63,344 nt of DNA, filler included, from 9 parts of 9 records of this genome joined end to end with filler, not necessarily neighbours in it, one strand, 5' to 3'. Shown: positions 19,201 to 28,924, numbered from the whole stretch's first letter. Translations and numbers: made by a program. Notes: generated from the letters alone by a model not told the origin.

Positions 19201-19222
19201 TCAATAATAAAATAATATACTC

Positions 19223-19399
19223 GTCATCCTGAAACGATGTCCGGTGGACATCGGGGTTCAGGATCTCTCTGTCTATTCGATTTTCAATAATTGAAATGAG
19301 AATAATTATTTTCTGATACATTCCAAATATTATGAATGGCAATACTCGCGGAGGTCTCCCTACGGGACCCCTGCGGGGCTGAAACAAGTTCAGGATGAC
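19223..19399. repeat. Palindromic REP/MITE-like element with GTCATCCTGAA termini
   Basis: GTCATCCTGAA (19223-19233) and TTCAGGATGAC (19389-19399) are inverted repeats; internal hairpin CGATGTCC-GGT-GGACATCG; sits at the contig end. Confidence 0.7.
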
Positions 19400-19404
19400 C
19401 CGCG

Positions 19405-19504
19405 NNNNNNNNNNNNNNNNNNNNNNNNNNNNNNNNNNNNNNNNNNNNTTAATTAATTAANNNNNNNNNNNNNNNNNNNNNNNNNNNNNNNNNNNNNNNN
19501 NNNN
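19405..19504. other. Artificial contig linker
   Basis: N44-TTAATTAATTAA-N44. Confidence 0.99.
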
Positions 19505-19780
19505 AATTATTCAACATTTCTGGCAAAACCGGGGCTGTATCTGGAAGATTTATTTATTGAACCGAAGCTTAGGGGCAAAGGCATTGGCCGAGAGCTTTTT
19601 TCTTGTATCGGCAGGATAGCCGTTGACCGGAATTGTGGTAGACTTGAATGGTCGGTTCTTAATTGGAACGAACCGGCAATCCGGTTTTATGAACAACTCG
19701 GCGGCCTGCCGATGGATGAATGGACAGTTTTCCGCGTGAGCGGCGATGGCCTCGACCGACTTGCTGCCGAAGCAAATTGA
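19505..19780 (+). CDS. GNAT family (diamine/spermidine-type) N-acetyltransferase, 5' partial; absent from the ORF track
   Basis: Manual translation: NYSTFLAKPGLYLEDLFIEPKLRGKGIG...CGRLEWSVLNWNEPAIRFYEQLGG...*. Confidence 0.9.
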   Translation, partial: NYSTFLAKPGLYLEDLFIEPKLRGKGIGRELFSCIGRIAVDRNCGRLEWSVLNWNEPAIRFYEQLGGLPMDEWTVFRVSGDGLDRLAAEAN

Positions 19781-20041
19781 TGTATATCTTCCGATCATAA
19801 ACTGCCCCATTACGGGGCAAGAGTATGACTGTCCCGTGTGAAGCCTTTTTTCACTCTCCTCTCCTGTGATTACAAACGGTCGTCTATAGCGAGGTGAAGG
19901 GCGGATACAAGGCCGTGATAGACCTCGATAGTGAATGTCCGAACTGGAAGAAGCTCAATAAAATCCTCGGTGGGAAGGAGATCAATGTCATGGCCGAGCT
20001 GTTTAAAGACAGAAGAAGAGATCGGTAAAAAGAACCTTAGG

Positions 20042-20917
20042 CTACCTGTTGGAGAACTCGACTTTTGACGCCTTGAAGAATTTAAGAAAATCGTATTCTG
20101 GCGTGAGAATCAGCAGACTGTCTTTATCTAAACTTTTACGTGAGGCCTCCAGAGTGCGGATGAAATTGAAAAATTCAGGATCCTGTTGGTATGCTTCGGC
20201 ATATATTCGGGTCGCTTCAGCCTCTGCCTTCCCCCGGATGACCTGTGCCATTTGTTGTGCTTCAGCGATTATAGTTGCCCGCATGAGATCCGCCTGTGCT
20301 TTCAGCTTGAGGGACCGCTCCTCTCCTTCGGAAGTGTATTGCCGCGATAGCGCGTCGAAATCTGATCGCATCCGCTCAAACACGGCGTCGAGATTACCGG
20401 CAACCAACCGGATGTTTCGGATTTGAAGGTCCACGATGCTAATGCCGTATTGTTGGCAGGCCTCATTACTCCGTTGCTGTATTTCCTGGAGTGCAGGAAC
20501 CCTGCCGGTAGAAACCGTTTGGCCAAGTTCACGTTTGCCCATTTCGAAGCGGAACTCCGCTTCAATTATATCGCCCATCTTCAGCAGGGCCGTCTGCTTG
20601 TCACCGGTGCGCTTGAAAAATATAAGCGGTTCGGCAACGTGCCATTTGGTGAAACAGGATAGCAGCATTTTTTGTTTGTCGGCACTATACAATTCAAATT
20701 CTTGGGGGCAGTAATCCAAGAGCCTGTTATCGATCCGGTCTACCTGTTGGATGAAGGGGACTTTGATGTGCAACCCGGGCTCCAATGGATCTCCCATCGG
20801 TTCGCCAAACTGTGTCAGGATGGCCTGCTGGGTTTGGTTCACTGTAAACACTGCTGAATATATGGATATCGCCAAAATCAACACGATTAGAGTGAGTGGT
20901 CCAAAGCGTCTTATCAT
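20042..20917 (-). CDS. hflC: HflC-like SPFH protein
   Basis: TM anchor, QFGEP..EPGLHIKVPF, VFERMRS, RGKAEAEATRIYAEAYQQDPEFFNFIRTLEA. Confidence 0.85.
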   Translation of the reverse strand: MIRRFGPLTLIVLILAISIYSAVFTVNQTQQAILTQFGEPMGDPLEPGLHIKVPFIQQVDRIDNRLLDYCPQEFELYSADKQKMLLSCFTKWHVAEPLIFFKRTGDKQTALLKMGDIIEAEFRFEMGKRELGQTVSTGRVPALQEIQQRSNEACQQYGISIVDLQIRNIRLVAGNLDAVFERMRSDFDALSRQYTSEGEERSLKLKAQADLMRATIIAEAQQMAQVIRGKAEAEATRIYAEAYQQDPEFFNFIRTLEASRKSLDKDSLLILTPEYDFLKFFKASKVEFSNR

Positions 20918-21975
20918 TTGTCAACGTACTCCGGAGTTTGGACTGGTTGAAAAGGATCTGCTAAATTGCCGAGCGGAAGAGGAGGCCAGTACATCCGGTC
21001 CTCCGGTGTGACCACCACTTTCGAAGCGTTACTGACAATCTCCTCAACAGCCTCTAAATAAAGGCGTTGACGGGTAACCGTCTCGGCCTGGCGGTATGAG
21101 TCCATCTGAGAAAGAAACCGGGACGCATCCCCTTTTGCCCGACCAATCTTCTCTATCTTGAAAGCTTCCGCCGACTGGATGATGACGGCAGCGTCTCCCT
21201 TGGCTATGGGAATCAAAGCTTTTCCATAATGGGATGCCTCGATTTCCAGTTTTCGTCTTCGTTCTCTTGCAACCGTCAGTTTCGCAAATGCCTTGGAGAC
21301 CTGTTCCGGCGGGGTGACACGTTTTAGCTTCGCTGCTACTACCTGAACCCCTGATTGGTATTCATCCAGCATGGATTGGATTTTCGCGCGAACTTGCGTT
21401 TCAATGACCGGCGTTTCTTGAGCAAAGATCTCATCAAATCCGTAACTACCGAGGATGGCGTTTAAAGCCGCCACTGCAACATCATAAACCGTTTTATCAG
21501 GATTCTCCACGTTGTAGAGATAATCGACAATCGAAGATACGCTGGTTTGTACAACCAAGCGTGCGCAGACGAGGCTGTCATCCGCCGTCAATATCAAGAC
21601 GTTGTCAGTTGATGTTCGATCCAGGTTACCGGAATCCTGCCAACTGTTTGCCAATCCAATTGTAAAACGTTTGATCTCTTCTACGTTGCATCTGAGTACA
21701 CGTTCGAAAGGCCATGGCAAATGATAGTGAAGGCCAGGCTCCTCGATGCGGTCCAATTTACCGAACCGTTCCACTGCTCCTTGATCACAAGTGTCAACGA
21801 CGAAAAATCCCGAAAGGACCCACAATAAAATGGATATCAGCAATATTACGGTTTTGCTTGGCAGTCGTTTCCTTAATTGACCTGCGGCCATTACGGTGGC
21901 TCGGGTCCATCGTCCGACGTGTCCACTGAATCTATCAAATGTATCTCGACCTATTGCCATCCTTTTTCCCACCAT
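20914..21975 (-). CDS. hflK: HflK-like SPFH protein
   Basis: SGFFVV, ERFGK..EPGLHYHLPWPFE, PPEQVSKAF, AKGDASRF, VTRQRLYLE; ATGA overlap with hflC. Confidence 0.85.
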   Translation of the reverse strand: MVGKRMAIGRDTFDRFSGHVGRWTRATVMAAGQLRKRLPSKTVILLISILLWVLSGFFVVDTCDQGAVERFGKLDRIEEPGLHYHLPWPFERVLRCNVEEIKRFTIGLANSWQDSGNLDRTSTDNVLILTADDSLVCARLVVQTSVSSIVDYLYNVENPDKTVYDVAVAALNAILGSYGFDEIFAQETPVIETQVRAKIQSMLDEYQSGVQVVAAKLKRVTPPEQVSKAFAKLTVARERRRKLEIEASHYGKALIPIAKGDAAVIIQSAEAFKIEKIGRAKGDASRFLSQMDSYRQAETVTRQRLYLEAVEEIVSNASKVVVTPEDRMYWPPLPLGNLADPFQPVQTPEYVDK

Positions 21976-22075
21976 TGCGGTTTGTCGATAGTTGGACCGC
22001 TCGTTTCGATCTTACGTTTTTGGCATGCCATCAGGCACACATCATACTTCAGCAAAGGAAAAACGCCTGGGAAAA

Positions 22076-24157
22076 CTATTTTTCGATTTCCGGCGGAGCA
22101 TCTTCGTTCAGCCCGAGGGCGCCTCGCAGGCCTTCGATGTCGCCACCAGCAATACCGATTTCTTTTAGCACCGCATCCACCAACGGCGCTTGACCGCGGT
22201 ATCGCAACGCACTGTTGACCAGTTGCTCCGCAAGATTGCCTGACGATGGCTGTACCGCACCATCTGGGGCCGCACCGCCATTGGGGTGGAGCCCATCCAC
22301 CTGTATGATTTTAAGGCCTTCGATGGATTCGATAGGCTTCACACTCGCCTGAATAATCTCCGACAAATGTTCGATAACGGCCATTTTTATACGCGTCGTG
22401 CTTTTCTGCGGGTCCAGCGCATTTTCGGCTTCATGCAGCAAGCGTGTACCTTCGGCATCGACCTGGTATTTCTGCTGGGAGGCTTTGCTTTTGATCAATT
22501 CGGCCTCGGCCTCAGCTTGGGCGAGATGTTTGATCTTCACTGCCTGACCGGTGGCGATGATGCGTTCGGTCTCGGCTTGGCTGGTGGCGGCTTTTGCTTT
22601 GGTTTCAGCCATTTCCAACAGTGTGATGCTTTCTCGCTCGACGTTGCGGTGAGCTTCAAAGGACGCGAGCGTGTTTTCCCGGTGGGCCGTTTCCACCTGG
22701 CGCGCGGTAACGATTTGCTCTTCGGCTTTTACCGCATCCACCTGGACCTTGTCTTTTTCGGTCTGGGCGATAATGTGCGCCTTGCTTTTTTCAGCCAACT
22801 CGATGGCACGCTCTAACTCCGTCGTTTCTACAGCTTGTCGGTAGCTGATCTCTGCTGTATCCAGCGATGTTTTGTTCTCAATTCGTTTCCCTTTGAGATG
22901 AAGCTCGTTTGCAATTCGTTTTTCCTCGATGTTTTTTTCTTTGTCCAACTGGGATTGATCGAGTTGCAGTTCGGCATTAATTTTGGCTTCGCGCAGCGCG
23001 CGGTCTTTTTCGACTGTTGCCTTTTCGACCGCATTCAATTTGTCAATTTCGGCGATCTTCAGTTCTTGCTCCTTGGCGATGCGTACCTCCTCCAGAAGAC
23101 GTTGACTGACCAATTTGGCCTGCTCTGAGTTTTGTTGGGCACTGATGGCCGCCGTCTCCAGCTGCTGGTCTTTTTGTACCTGTGCCAATTCAAGTGCGAG
23201 CTGGCTCTCGAGTTCACGTTCTTTGATCAGGTGAGCCTTGGCAATCCGTTCCTCCTCCAAGGCCTTTTCAACGTTGAGTTGTGCCGATTCAACCTGTTGC
23301 TTGGCGATCAGTTTGGCTTCTCGTGCAACTTGTTCTTGGGAGACCTGTTCCTTGGTGATATTCGTCTGCTGGTTGGCCCGGCGCGTCTCAATTTCGCGTT
23401 GCTGGTCCAATCTGGCGAATTCCTCTTCCTTCATCAGATCCAGTTTCTGGCGTTCTGCTTCTAAATCCTTTTCCCTTATCCCGATTTCAGTGTCCCGTTC
23501 AATGGCATTGCGCTGCTGGGTTCGATTCTGAATCATTTCGGTCAGGAGGGTGAGTCCCTGGGCATCGAAGGCATTTTGCGGGTTGAAAAATTTCTTGTCC
23601 GTCTGATTGAGGTCGCTGAGCGAGACCGATTCCAGTTCAAGGCCGTTTTTGGCCAGGCCTTCGCCAACTTCTTCCTGAACCCTACGGACGAATTCCCCCC
23701 TGTTCCGGTGAAGTTCATCCATCATCATTTCCGCAGCCACAACCCGCAGGGCGTTAACAAATTTACCTTCCACCAGCCCTTTCAACGCCTCCGGGTTCAT
23801 CGTACGTCGACCAAGTGTTTGAGCAGCCGTGGTGATATCATCATAGTTCGGTCGGACGCGTATGTAAAATTCCGCCTGAACATCCATTCTCAACCGGTCT
23901 TTGGTAACCAGTGAGTGATTGTTTTCAAGCCGGATGTCCAGCCGCATCGTATTCATGTTGACCTGGATGATTTCGTGAAGCGTAGGAATCACCAGTGCAC
24001 CGCCACTCATGACAACCTTTTGTCCTCCGAAACCGGTCCGTATAAATGCCGCTTCCTGGGTAGCTTTCTGGAATCGCCTTGAGTAAAGCAACCAAATAAG
24101 CAGCACGGCAATGGCGACAACAATCAGTACGGTGAAAACGATAGCTGGTACCGACAT
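22076..24157 (-). CDS. Flotillin family (YqiK-like) SPFH protein with long coiled coil
   Basis: TM anchor, AFIRTGFGG, VNMNTMRL, AAQTLG, NGLELESVSL, FNPQNAFDAQGL, C-terminal SVKPIESIEGLKI..ALRYRGQAPLVD. Confidence 0.9.
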   Translation of the reverse strand: MSVPAIVFTVLIVVAIAVLLIWLLYSRRFQKATQEAAFIRTGFGGQKVVMSGGALVIPTLHEIIQVNMNTMRLDIRLENNHSLVTKDRLRMDVQAEFYIRVRPNYDDITTAAQTLGRRTMNPEALKGLVEGKFVNALRVVAAEMMMDELHRNRGEFVRRVQEEVGEGLAKNGLELESVSLSDLNQTDKKFFNPQNAFDAQGLTLLTEMIQNRTQQRNAIERDTEIGIREKDLEAERQKLDLMKEEEFARLDQQREIETRRANQQTNITKEQVSQEQVAREAKLIAKQQVESAQLNVEKALEEERIAKAHLIKERELESQLALELAQVQKDQQLETAAISAQQNSEQAKLVSQRLLEEVRIAKEQELKIAEIDKLNAVEKATVEKDRALREAKINAELQLDQSQLDKEKNIEEKRIANELHLKGKRIENKTSLDTAEISYRQAVETTELERAIELAEKSKAHIIAQTEKDKVQVDAVKAEEQIVTARQVETAHRENTLASFEAHRNVERESITLLEMAETKAKAATSQAETERIIATGQAVKIKHLAQAEAEAELIKSKASQQKYQVDAEGTRLLHEAENALDPQKSTTRIKMAVIEHLSEIIQASVKPIESIEGLKIIQVDGLHPNGGAAPDGAVQPSSGNLAEQLVNSALRYRGQAPLVDAVLKEIGIAGGDIEGLRGALGLNEDAPPEIEK

Positions 24158-24175
24158 AATCAATTCCTCTTTTTG

Positions 24176-25444
24176 TTAATGATATTGCGTTGATGGCTTC
24201 CGGCTGAACTGAACCATGGCGTAATCGAGCGGTGCTGCGCCAATCTTTTTTCTCAGATGGGAAATATCGATCCGGTTCGCGATGCAATACCTGATGACAC
24301 CGGCGTCATTTACCCGCCCGATCAATAGCGCACCCGCAATGCGCCCGCCGTCCAGATACAATGTTCTCATTTCCCCCGATCCAGGTTTTTCAAAGCTGAT
24401 TTTCTCATAGCTACCCGGTGGCGGATTGGATTCACCCAGGCTGACCACCACCAACCCCATCAGGGTGGTGACATTCTCGCGAATCAGCGGGGTCCCACGG
24501 TTTGCTTCTCCTGCCATATTGCGGCCGGCAATTTCCCCCTGGGCACAGGCGTTGAACCAGGTGGCGATTACCTCCGACTGACCGGTAATGCTGTTTTTCC
24601 CTTGGGCGACGTCACCGGCCGCATAGACACCCTTGATGTTGGTTCGCATCCGGTCATCCACGACAATGCCGTAGTCGTAGCGAACCGGCGTCTGCGCCAC
24701 CATCTGAAGATTTGGCAGAACGCCCTTTCCAACCACGACGAGGTCGGCATCCAGCGATTCTCCCCAGGAGGTGATGACGCGGACGCCCCGGCTCTTTCGG
24801 TAAACCCCTTCGACACTACGGCCGAACATGATTTCGACACCGGCGTTCCTCAAACGCTCTTGGATCAGTATGGCATTGCGACGATCCATCTGCTGGGAAA
24901 GCACCTGTTCCGATCCCACGATGAGCCAAATCTTTTTCACCGTTGGCAAAATCGCTTTAATGGTCTGAAGACCGACGAGGCCGGCGCCGAGCACTACAAC
25001 AGCGCTTGCGTTGGTGCTTGCGCTGCGGATGCATTCGGCGTCGTTAACCGTCCTGAGGGTGTGGACATGGCGCCTGGCATCGGGGTCCACCCCTTTCATT
25101 CGGCGTGCGGCGGCACCGCTGGCAATGAGCAGATTCTCGTAGTGATACGGTTTCCGGCCGTCCATGTATAACCGCTGTTTTTGGGTGTCGACCGCCTCGA
25201 CACGATGCCCCAAGATGGTCTGAACGTTGTTTTTTTGATAAAATTGCCTGTCGGCCAGATACATCTGAGCGCGGTGAATCTGGCCGGCGATGTAGTAGGT
25301 CGTCAGGACCGGCGAATAGGCATATTCATTTTCGGCGGAAATAACGGTAATCGGCCGGGTGTCCCCGCTGCACCGTATGGCTCGGATCGCAGACAGTGCC
25401 GCCGCACTGTTGCCGATGATGGTATGTCTCCTGATTCGAGGCAC
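24176..25444 (-). CDS. FAD/NAD(P)-dependent oxidoreductase (pyridine nucleotide-disulfide family)
   Basis: IIGNSAAA, LLIASGA, LGAGLVG, VVGKGVLPN, VYAAGDVA; probable GTG start 25 nt after the AOR stop. Confidence 0.88.
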   Translation of the reverse strand: MPRIRRHTIIGNSAAALSAIRAIRCSGDTRPITVISAENEYAYSPVLTTYYIAGQIHRAQMYLADRQFYQKNNVQTILGHRVEAVDTQKQRLYMDGRKPYHYENLLIASGAAARRMKGVDPDARRHVHTLRTVNDAECIRSASTNASAVVVLGAGLVGLQTIKAILPTVKKIWLIVGSEQVLSQQMDRRNAILIQERLRNAGVEIMFGRSVEGVYRKSRGVRVITSWGESLDADLVVVGKGVLPNLQMVAQTPVRYDYGIVVDDRMRTNIKGVYAAGDVAQGKNSITGQSEVIATWFNACAQGEIAGRNMAGEANRGTPLIRENVTTLMGLVVVSLGESNPPPGSYEKISFEKPGSGEMRTLYLDGGRIAGALLIGRVNDAGVIRYCIANRIDISHLRKKIGAAPLDYAMVQFSRKPSTQYH

Positions 25445-25469
25445 AGTTCTTCCGTCTCTGTCTGGTTGA

Positions 25470-26761
25470 TCAGGACTCAATCCGCAGTGAATTGAGTGTC
25501 TCGGGTGTTGGAACGCCGTCCTCACGCCAGCCTCTGAGGCGGTAGTACTCGGGCAGCATTTTATCCAAATGCGCGACCATCCCCTTGGCTGGCCCTTCGG
25601 GCATGGGTTCTTCCAGCATTCGTTTTGGCAGCGTGTCGTCTTTACAGGTAAGACCTGCTTTTAGGTTGAACAATCGCTCCTGATTAAAGATGCGCGCACC
25701 GGTACGCATCAGTTCCCGGTGGCCCCCCATATCGAAACCCGTTGCCGTCTCAATTAATCTTCGGCAATCGTCTTCGTTCAGCGCCAGGAAAAACATGAAA
25801 TTGCACATCCCGCAGGAATCCAGCACGCAAAACCAATCCTGAATTGCCACTGCCAGTTCGGCCTTGTCTTCCCACCTGAACGGATCCACAGGACCCAGAT
25901 TGCGGTCTTTGGTAACCCGCCAGTAATCCACACCGTACAATGTCAGATCATGTACTTCGCCCCGGATGTGGCATGCGCCGCGACTGTTGGTCGCATATCC
26001 CAGAGCCATGCCCTGCAAACCGCGTGGATCGTAACTGGGAAACTCCATTTTTTTAACACCCATGAAATATTCGGGATGCCCGTAACGTGTCGCCAGGCGG
26101 TATCCGCCTTCAGCTAAGAGATCTCCGAACCCCCGGCGGTAAGCCATATCCTCTGTCAATTTGATCACGGCTTCTTTGTTGCCGAAATTCAGTGGCATCC
26201 CCGCATCACTTAATGGCAGATGGCCCTCTTCGTAAAGTTCCATTGCACACGCAATTGTGGCTCCGGCCGTAATGGTATCCATCCCCATCTCATTGCAAAT
26301 GAATCCGGCTTTGGAAACGACATCGAGATCGTTTGTCAGGCAACTGGATCCGAAAATTCCGATGGTTTCGTATTCCGGGCCGACACCTTCGGATGCGAAC
26401 TGGGAACTGGTGATTTTTGTCACCCGGCCGCAACCCACCGGGCATCCTACGCAGGCCATTCCCTTGTGTTTGCGAGTTGATTGGTTGGCTGCCAGGTGCT
26501 CCCCGGAAATTTTTTCCCAGGCCTTGTTCGTTCCATACTTGAAATTGCGGGTGGGTAGAACACCGAGTTCTTTGACCAAACTGAGTACCCCGGGTGTACC
26601 AATCTGATGAAAATGATCTGTTTCCGGTGTGTCCAGTTTACGGTATGAATCCATCATGGCTTTCCAGAAGGCGGTTTTATCAGCGACCTTCAGCCCTTTG
26701 GTGCCTCTGATGGCAATTGCTTTCAGATTCTTCGAACCCATGACAGCCCCAACACCGGAGC
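25470..26761 (-). CDS. aor: Aldehyde:ferredoxin oxidoreductase (tungsten AOR family), 5' partial
   Basis: GAVMGSKNLKAI, CVGCPVGC, GPEYET, GMDTI, YDPRG, RGACH, DTLPKR, YYRLRGW. Confidence 0.93.
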
Positions 26762-26861
26762 NNNNNNNNNNNNNNNNNNNNNNNNNNNNNNNNNNNNNNN
26801 NNNNNTTAATTAATTAANNNNNNNNNNNNNNNNNNNNNNNNNNNNNNNNNNNNNNNNNNNN
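26762..26861. other. Artificial contig linker
   Basis: N44-TTAATTAATTAA-N44. Confidence 0.99.
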
Positions 26862-26901
26862 GTCAGGCCTAGCTTATTAGCTTATTGACGTATTTACAAC
26901 C

Positions 26902-26974
26902 GGGGACAGGCTTAGCTTATTGCCAAAAAATCATAAGACTCGATAAAACCGAACAATAAGCTAAGCCTGTCCCC
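26902..26974. repeat. Perfect 21-bp inverted repeat (REP-like, GGGGACAG type)
   Basis: GGGGACAGGCTTAGCTTATTG (26902-26922) and CAATAAGCTAAGCCTGTCCCC (26954-26974), 31-nt spacer; partial copies flank it. Confidence 0.85.
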
Positions 26975-27030
26975 TGGAATGCGCTACCTGACCCCGCGGT
27001 TGAGTTGCCTGACGCCGGGAATGCGTTGCA

Positions 27031-27804
27031 TTAAGCAATCAACTGGTCATAGCTGTCAAAGGAGCGCATGGAGGTAAGAACGATGGCGAGGATCACGGCA
27101 ACATACTGGACGATGAAGATGGCCAGCATGATGGCGATCTGATACTTGATGGCGGTCATGGGAAGGGCGCCCCCCAGGATCTGGCCCGTCATCATGCCGG
27201 GCAGGGCCACAAGGCCAATGGTTTCCATGCCGGCGAGCATGGGATTGGCCACGGCAAGAAGCCCCTTCCTTAAATAGGGCATGAGGGCCTCCACCCTGGA
27301 ATTTGAAAGGCTCAGGGAGTAAAGGTACTCTTTCCGGTTCTCCCTGACCCCTTTGTAAAAGGTGTTCACCCCGATGATGATGCTGCTCAAGCTGTTGCCA
27401 AGGAGCATGCCGGCAATGGGAATGGTGTGCCTGGCGTTCAAAAAACGGTCCAGGTCGGCCACAAACATGTTGAAGTAAAGCAGCATGAACAGACTTGGCA
27501 GGGCAAATGCGACCAGGATGGGAAAAAAGAGCCTGCCCCCTGTAAGATCACAGCTCTTGATGCCGGAGACGGCGGCCACAAGGATCATGCCGCAGACATA
27601 GGCAATATTGATCAAGGGGTTGTCCAGTTCAAAGACAAACTTGAGAAACAGCCCCACAAGGCTCAACTGGACCACCATGCGAAACACGGCCCAGGCAAGC
27701 TTTTTATTGATAAAAATCTTTAATTTCCAATTGATGGCAATGATGGGAACGAGCAGCACCACAAGATAGCAGAGGCTGCCGTAGGTCACGGTTCCGTTTT
27801 CCAT
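27031..27804 (-). CDS. fetB: ABC transporter permease, FetB/YbbM (UPF0014) family
   Basis: RMVVQLSLVG, IPIAGMLLGNS, GLVALPGMMTGQILGG, AIKYQIAIM. Confidence 0.88.
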   Translation of the reverse strand: MENGTVTYGSLCYLVVLLVPIIAINWKLKIFINKKLAWAVFRMVVQLSLVGLFLKFVFELDNPLINIAYVCGMILVAAVSGIKSCDLTGGRLFFPILVAFALPSLFMLLYFNMFVADLDRFLNARHTIPIAGMLLGNSLSSIIIGVNTFYKGVRENRKEYLYSLSLSNSRVEALMPYLRKGLLAVANPMLAGMETIGLVALPGMMTGQILGGALPMTAIKYQIAIMLAIFIVQYVAVILAIVLTSMRSFDSYDQLIA

Positions 27805-27813
27805 ATTTTCTCC

Positions 27814-28428
27814 TTACCAGGCGATCCGCCGCAGGGCGCCTGAAGCGTTCCAAAGGTCATCGTGGGAAATGATCACCGCGGTGCTGTCGGAATTGACTAC
27901 CGCCTGGATCACCCGTTGCTTCAGGGTCTCGTCCAGGGCCGAGGTGACCTCGTCCAGGATCCAGATCGGGCGGTTCAAGAGCAGACAGATGATCACCCCG
28001 AGACGTTGCCGCTCTCCCCCCGAAAGCTGGCTGACCCTTTTTTCCAGCACCCGGTTATCAAGGTCGAACCGCTCCATCTCACGGGCAAGGGCGGCAGGGG
28101 TGTAAAGGGCGTCACGATTGATTCTGTAGGAAAAGATCTCGGTGATCAAGGGCGCCACCACCTCATCCCTCAGGTCCACATCCTGGCTCACGTAGCAGAT
28201 TTTCCCCCGGCAGTCAGCCAGGGTTTTCCGGGAAAGCGCCTGGCCGTCGATGACAATCCTGCCCCTGTCCGGCCGCACAAACCCCATCATCATCTTCACA
28301 AGGGAGGACTTCCCGGTTCCCGACGGCGCCGAAAGGAGCACCTTCTCCCCTTTTTCCACGGCCATGGAAAAGTTGCTGAACAACACCCTGCCGTCAAAGG
28401 CAAGATCTATTTTATCCATCCGGATCAT
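27814..28428 (-). CDS. fetA: ABC transporter ATP-binding protein, FetA/YbbL-like
   Basis: APSGTGKS, LSGGERQR, LDEVTSALD; adjacent to the FetB-like permease. Confidence 0.82.
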   Translation of the reverse strand: MIRMDKIDLAFDGRVLFSNFSMAVEKGEKVLLSAPSGTGKSSLVKMMMGFVRPDRGRIVIDGQALSRKTLADCRGKICYVSQDVDLRDEVVAPLITEIFSYRINRDALYTPAALAREMERFDLDNRVLEKRVSQLSGGERQRLGVIICLLLNRPIWILDEVTSALDETLKQRVIQAVVNSDSTAVIISHDDLWNASGALRRIAW

Positions 28429-28437
28429 GATCCTCTC

Positions 28438-28746
28438 CTAATCCACCACTTCATGGAAAAGCTCTCCGGCCTTGGCAACGGCCTCGGCCAGGATCTCCTG
28501 TCCAAACTCGCTTATCACATATAACTTGGACACCTTGCCCTTCACCAGGACATCTTCCTTTGTCAAAAGCCCCTGGTCCGCCATCCTGTGAAGCAGAGGG
28601 TAGAGGGTGCCGGGACTTATCTTGTATCCGTGCCCCTTGAGCTCCTCCATGAGCCAGGTGCCGCTGACCCCCCTGTTTTTTGCGTGATGGAGAATGTGAA
28701 TCTGCACAAACCCCAGAAATAATTTCCTCAACACCTTCTCTTTCAT
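28438..28746 (-). CDS. PadR family transcriptional regulator
   Basis: RKLFLGFVQIHILHHA, ELKGHGYKISPGTLYPLLHRM; GAAGGGG RBS. Confidence 0.9.
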   Translation of the reverse strand: MKEKVLRKLFLGFVQIHILHHAKNRGVSGTWLMEELKGHGYKISPGTLYPLLHRMADQGLLTKEDVLVKGKVSKLYVISEFGQEILAEAVAKAGELFHEVVD

Positions 28747-28764
28747 GAATCCCCTTCTGTTCCT

Positions 28765-28809
28765 TTTTACGTTTATCGATATCGAAACCCGATATCGATA
28801 AACGTAAAA
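28765..28809. promoter_or_regulatory. Perfect 20-bp palindrome, probable PadR operator
   Basis: TTTTACGTTTATCGATATCG-AAACC-CGATATCGATAAACGTAAAA, 18 nt upstream of the padR ATG. Confidence 0.75.
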
Positions 28810-28924
28810 CAATCAACCGCCCCAGTCAAGGCCATTTCCCCTCCCATGGCGAATTTCATTGCTGTTTCTTCTGAAACTTGATAAATGGGAGGGCTGTTTT
28901 AAACCTTTTTTTGACGATAGATAC

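Noticed and set aside
19870-20030. Short open frame (..VKGGYKAVIDLDSECPNWKKLNKILGGKEINVMAELFK..) between the GNAT gene and hflC
   Set aside because: About 44-52 codons, no convincing RBS or motif; may be a gene remnant but cannot be supported.
28810-28924. yybP-ykoY manganese riboswitch before mntP
   Set aside because: The conserved loop motifs and four-way junction are not evident.
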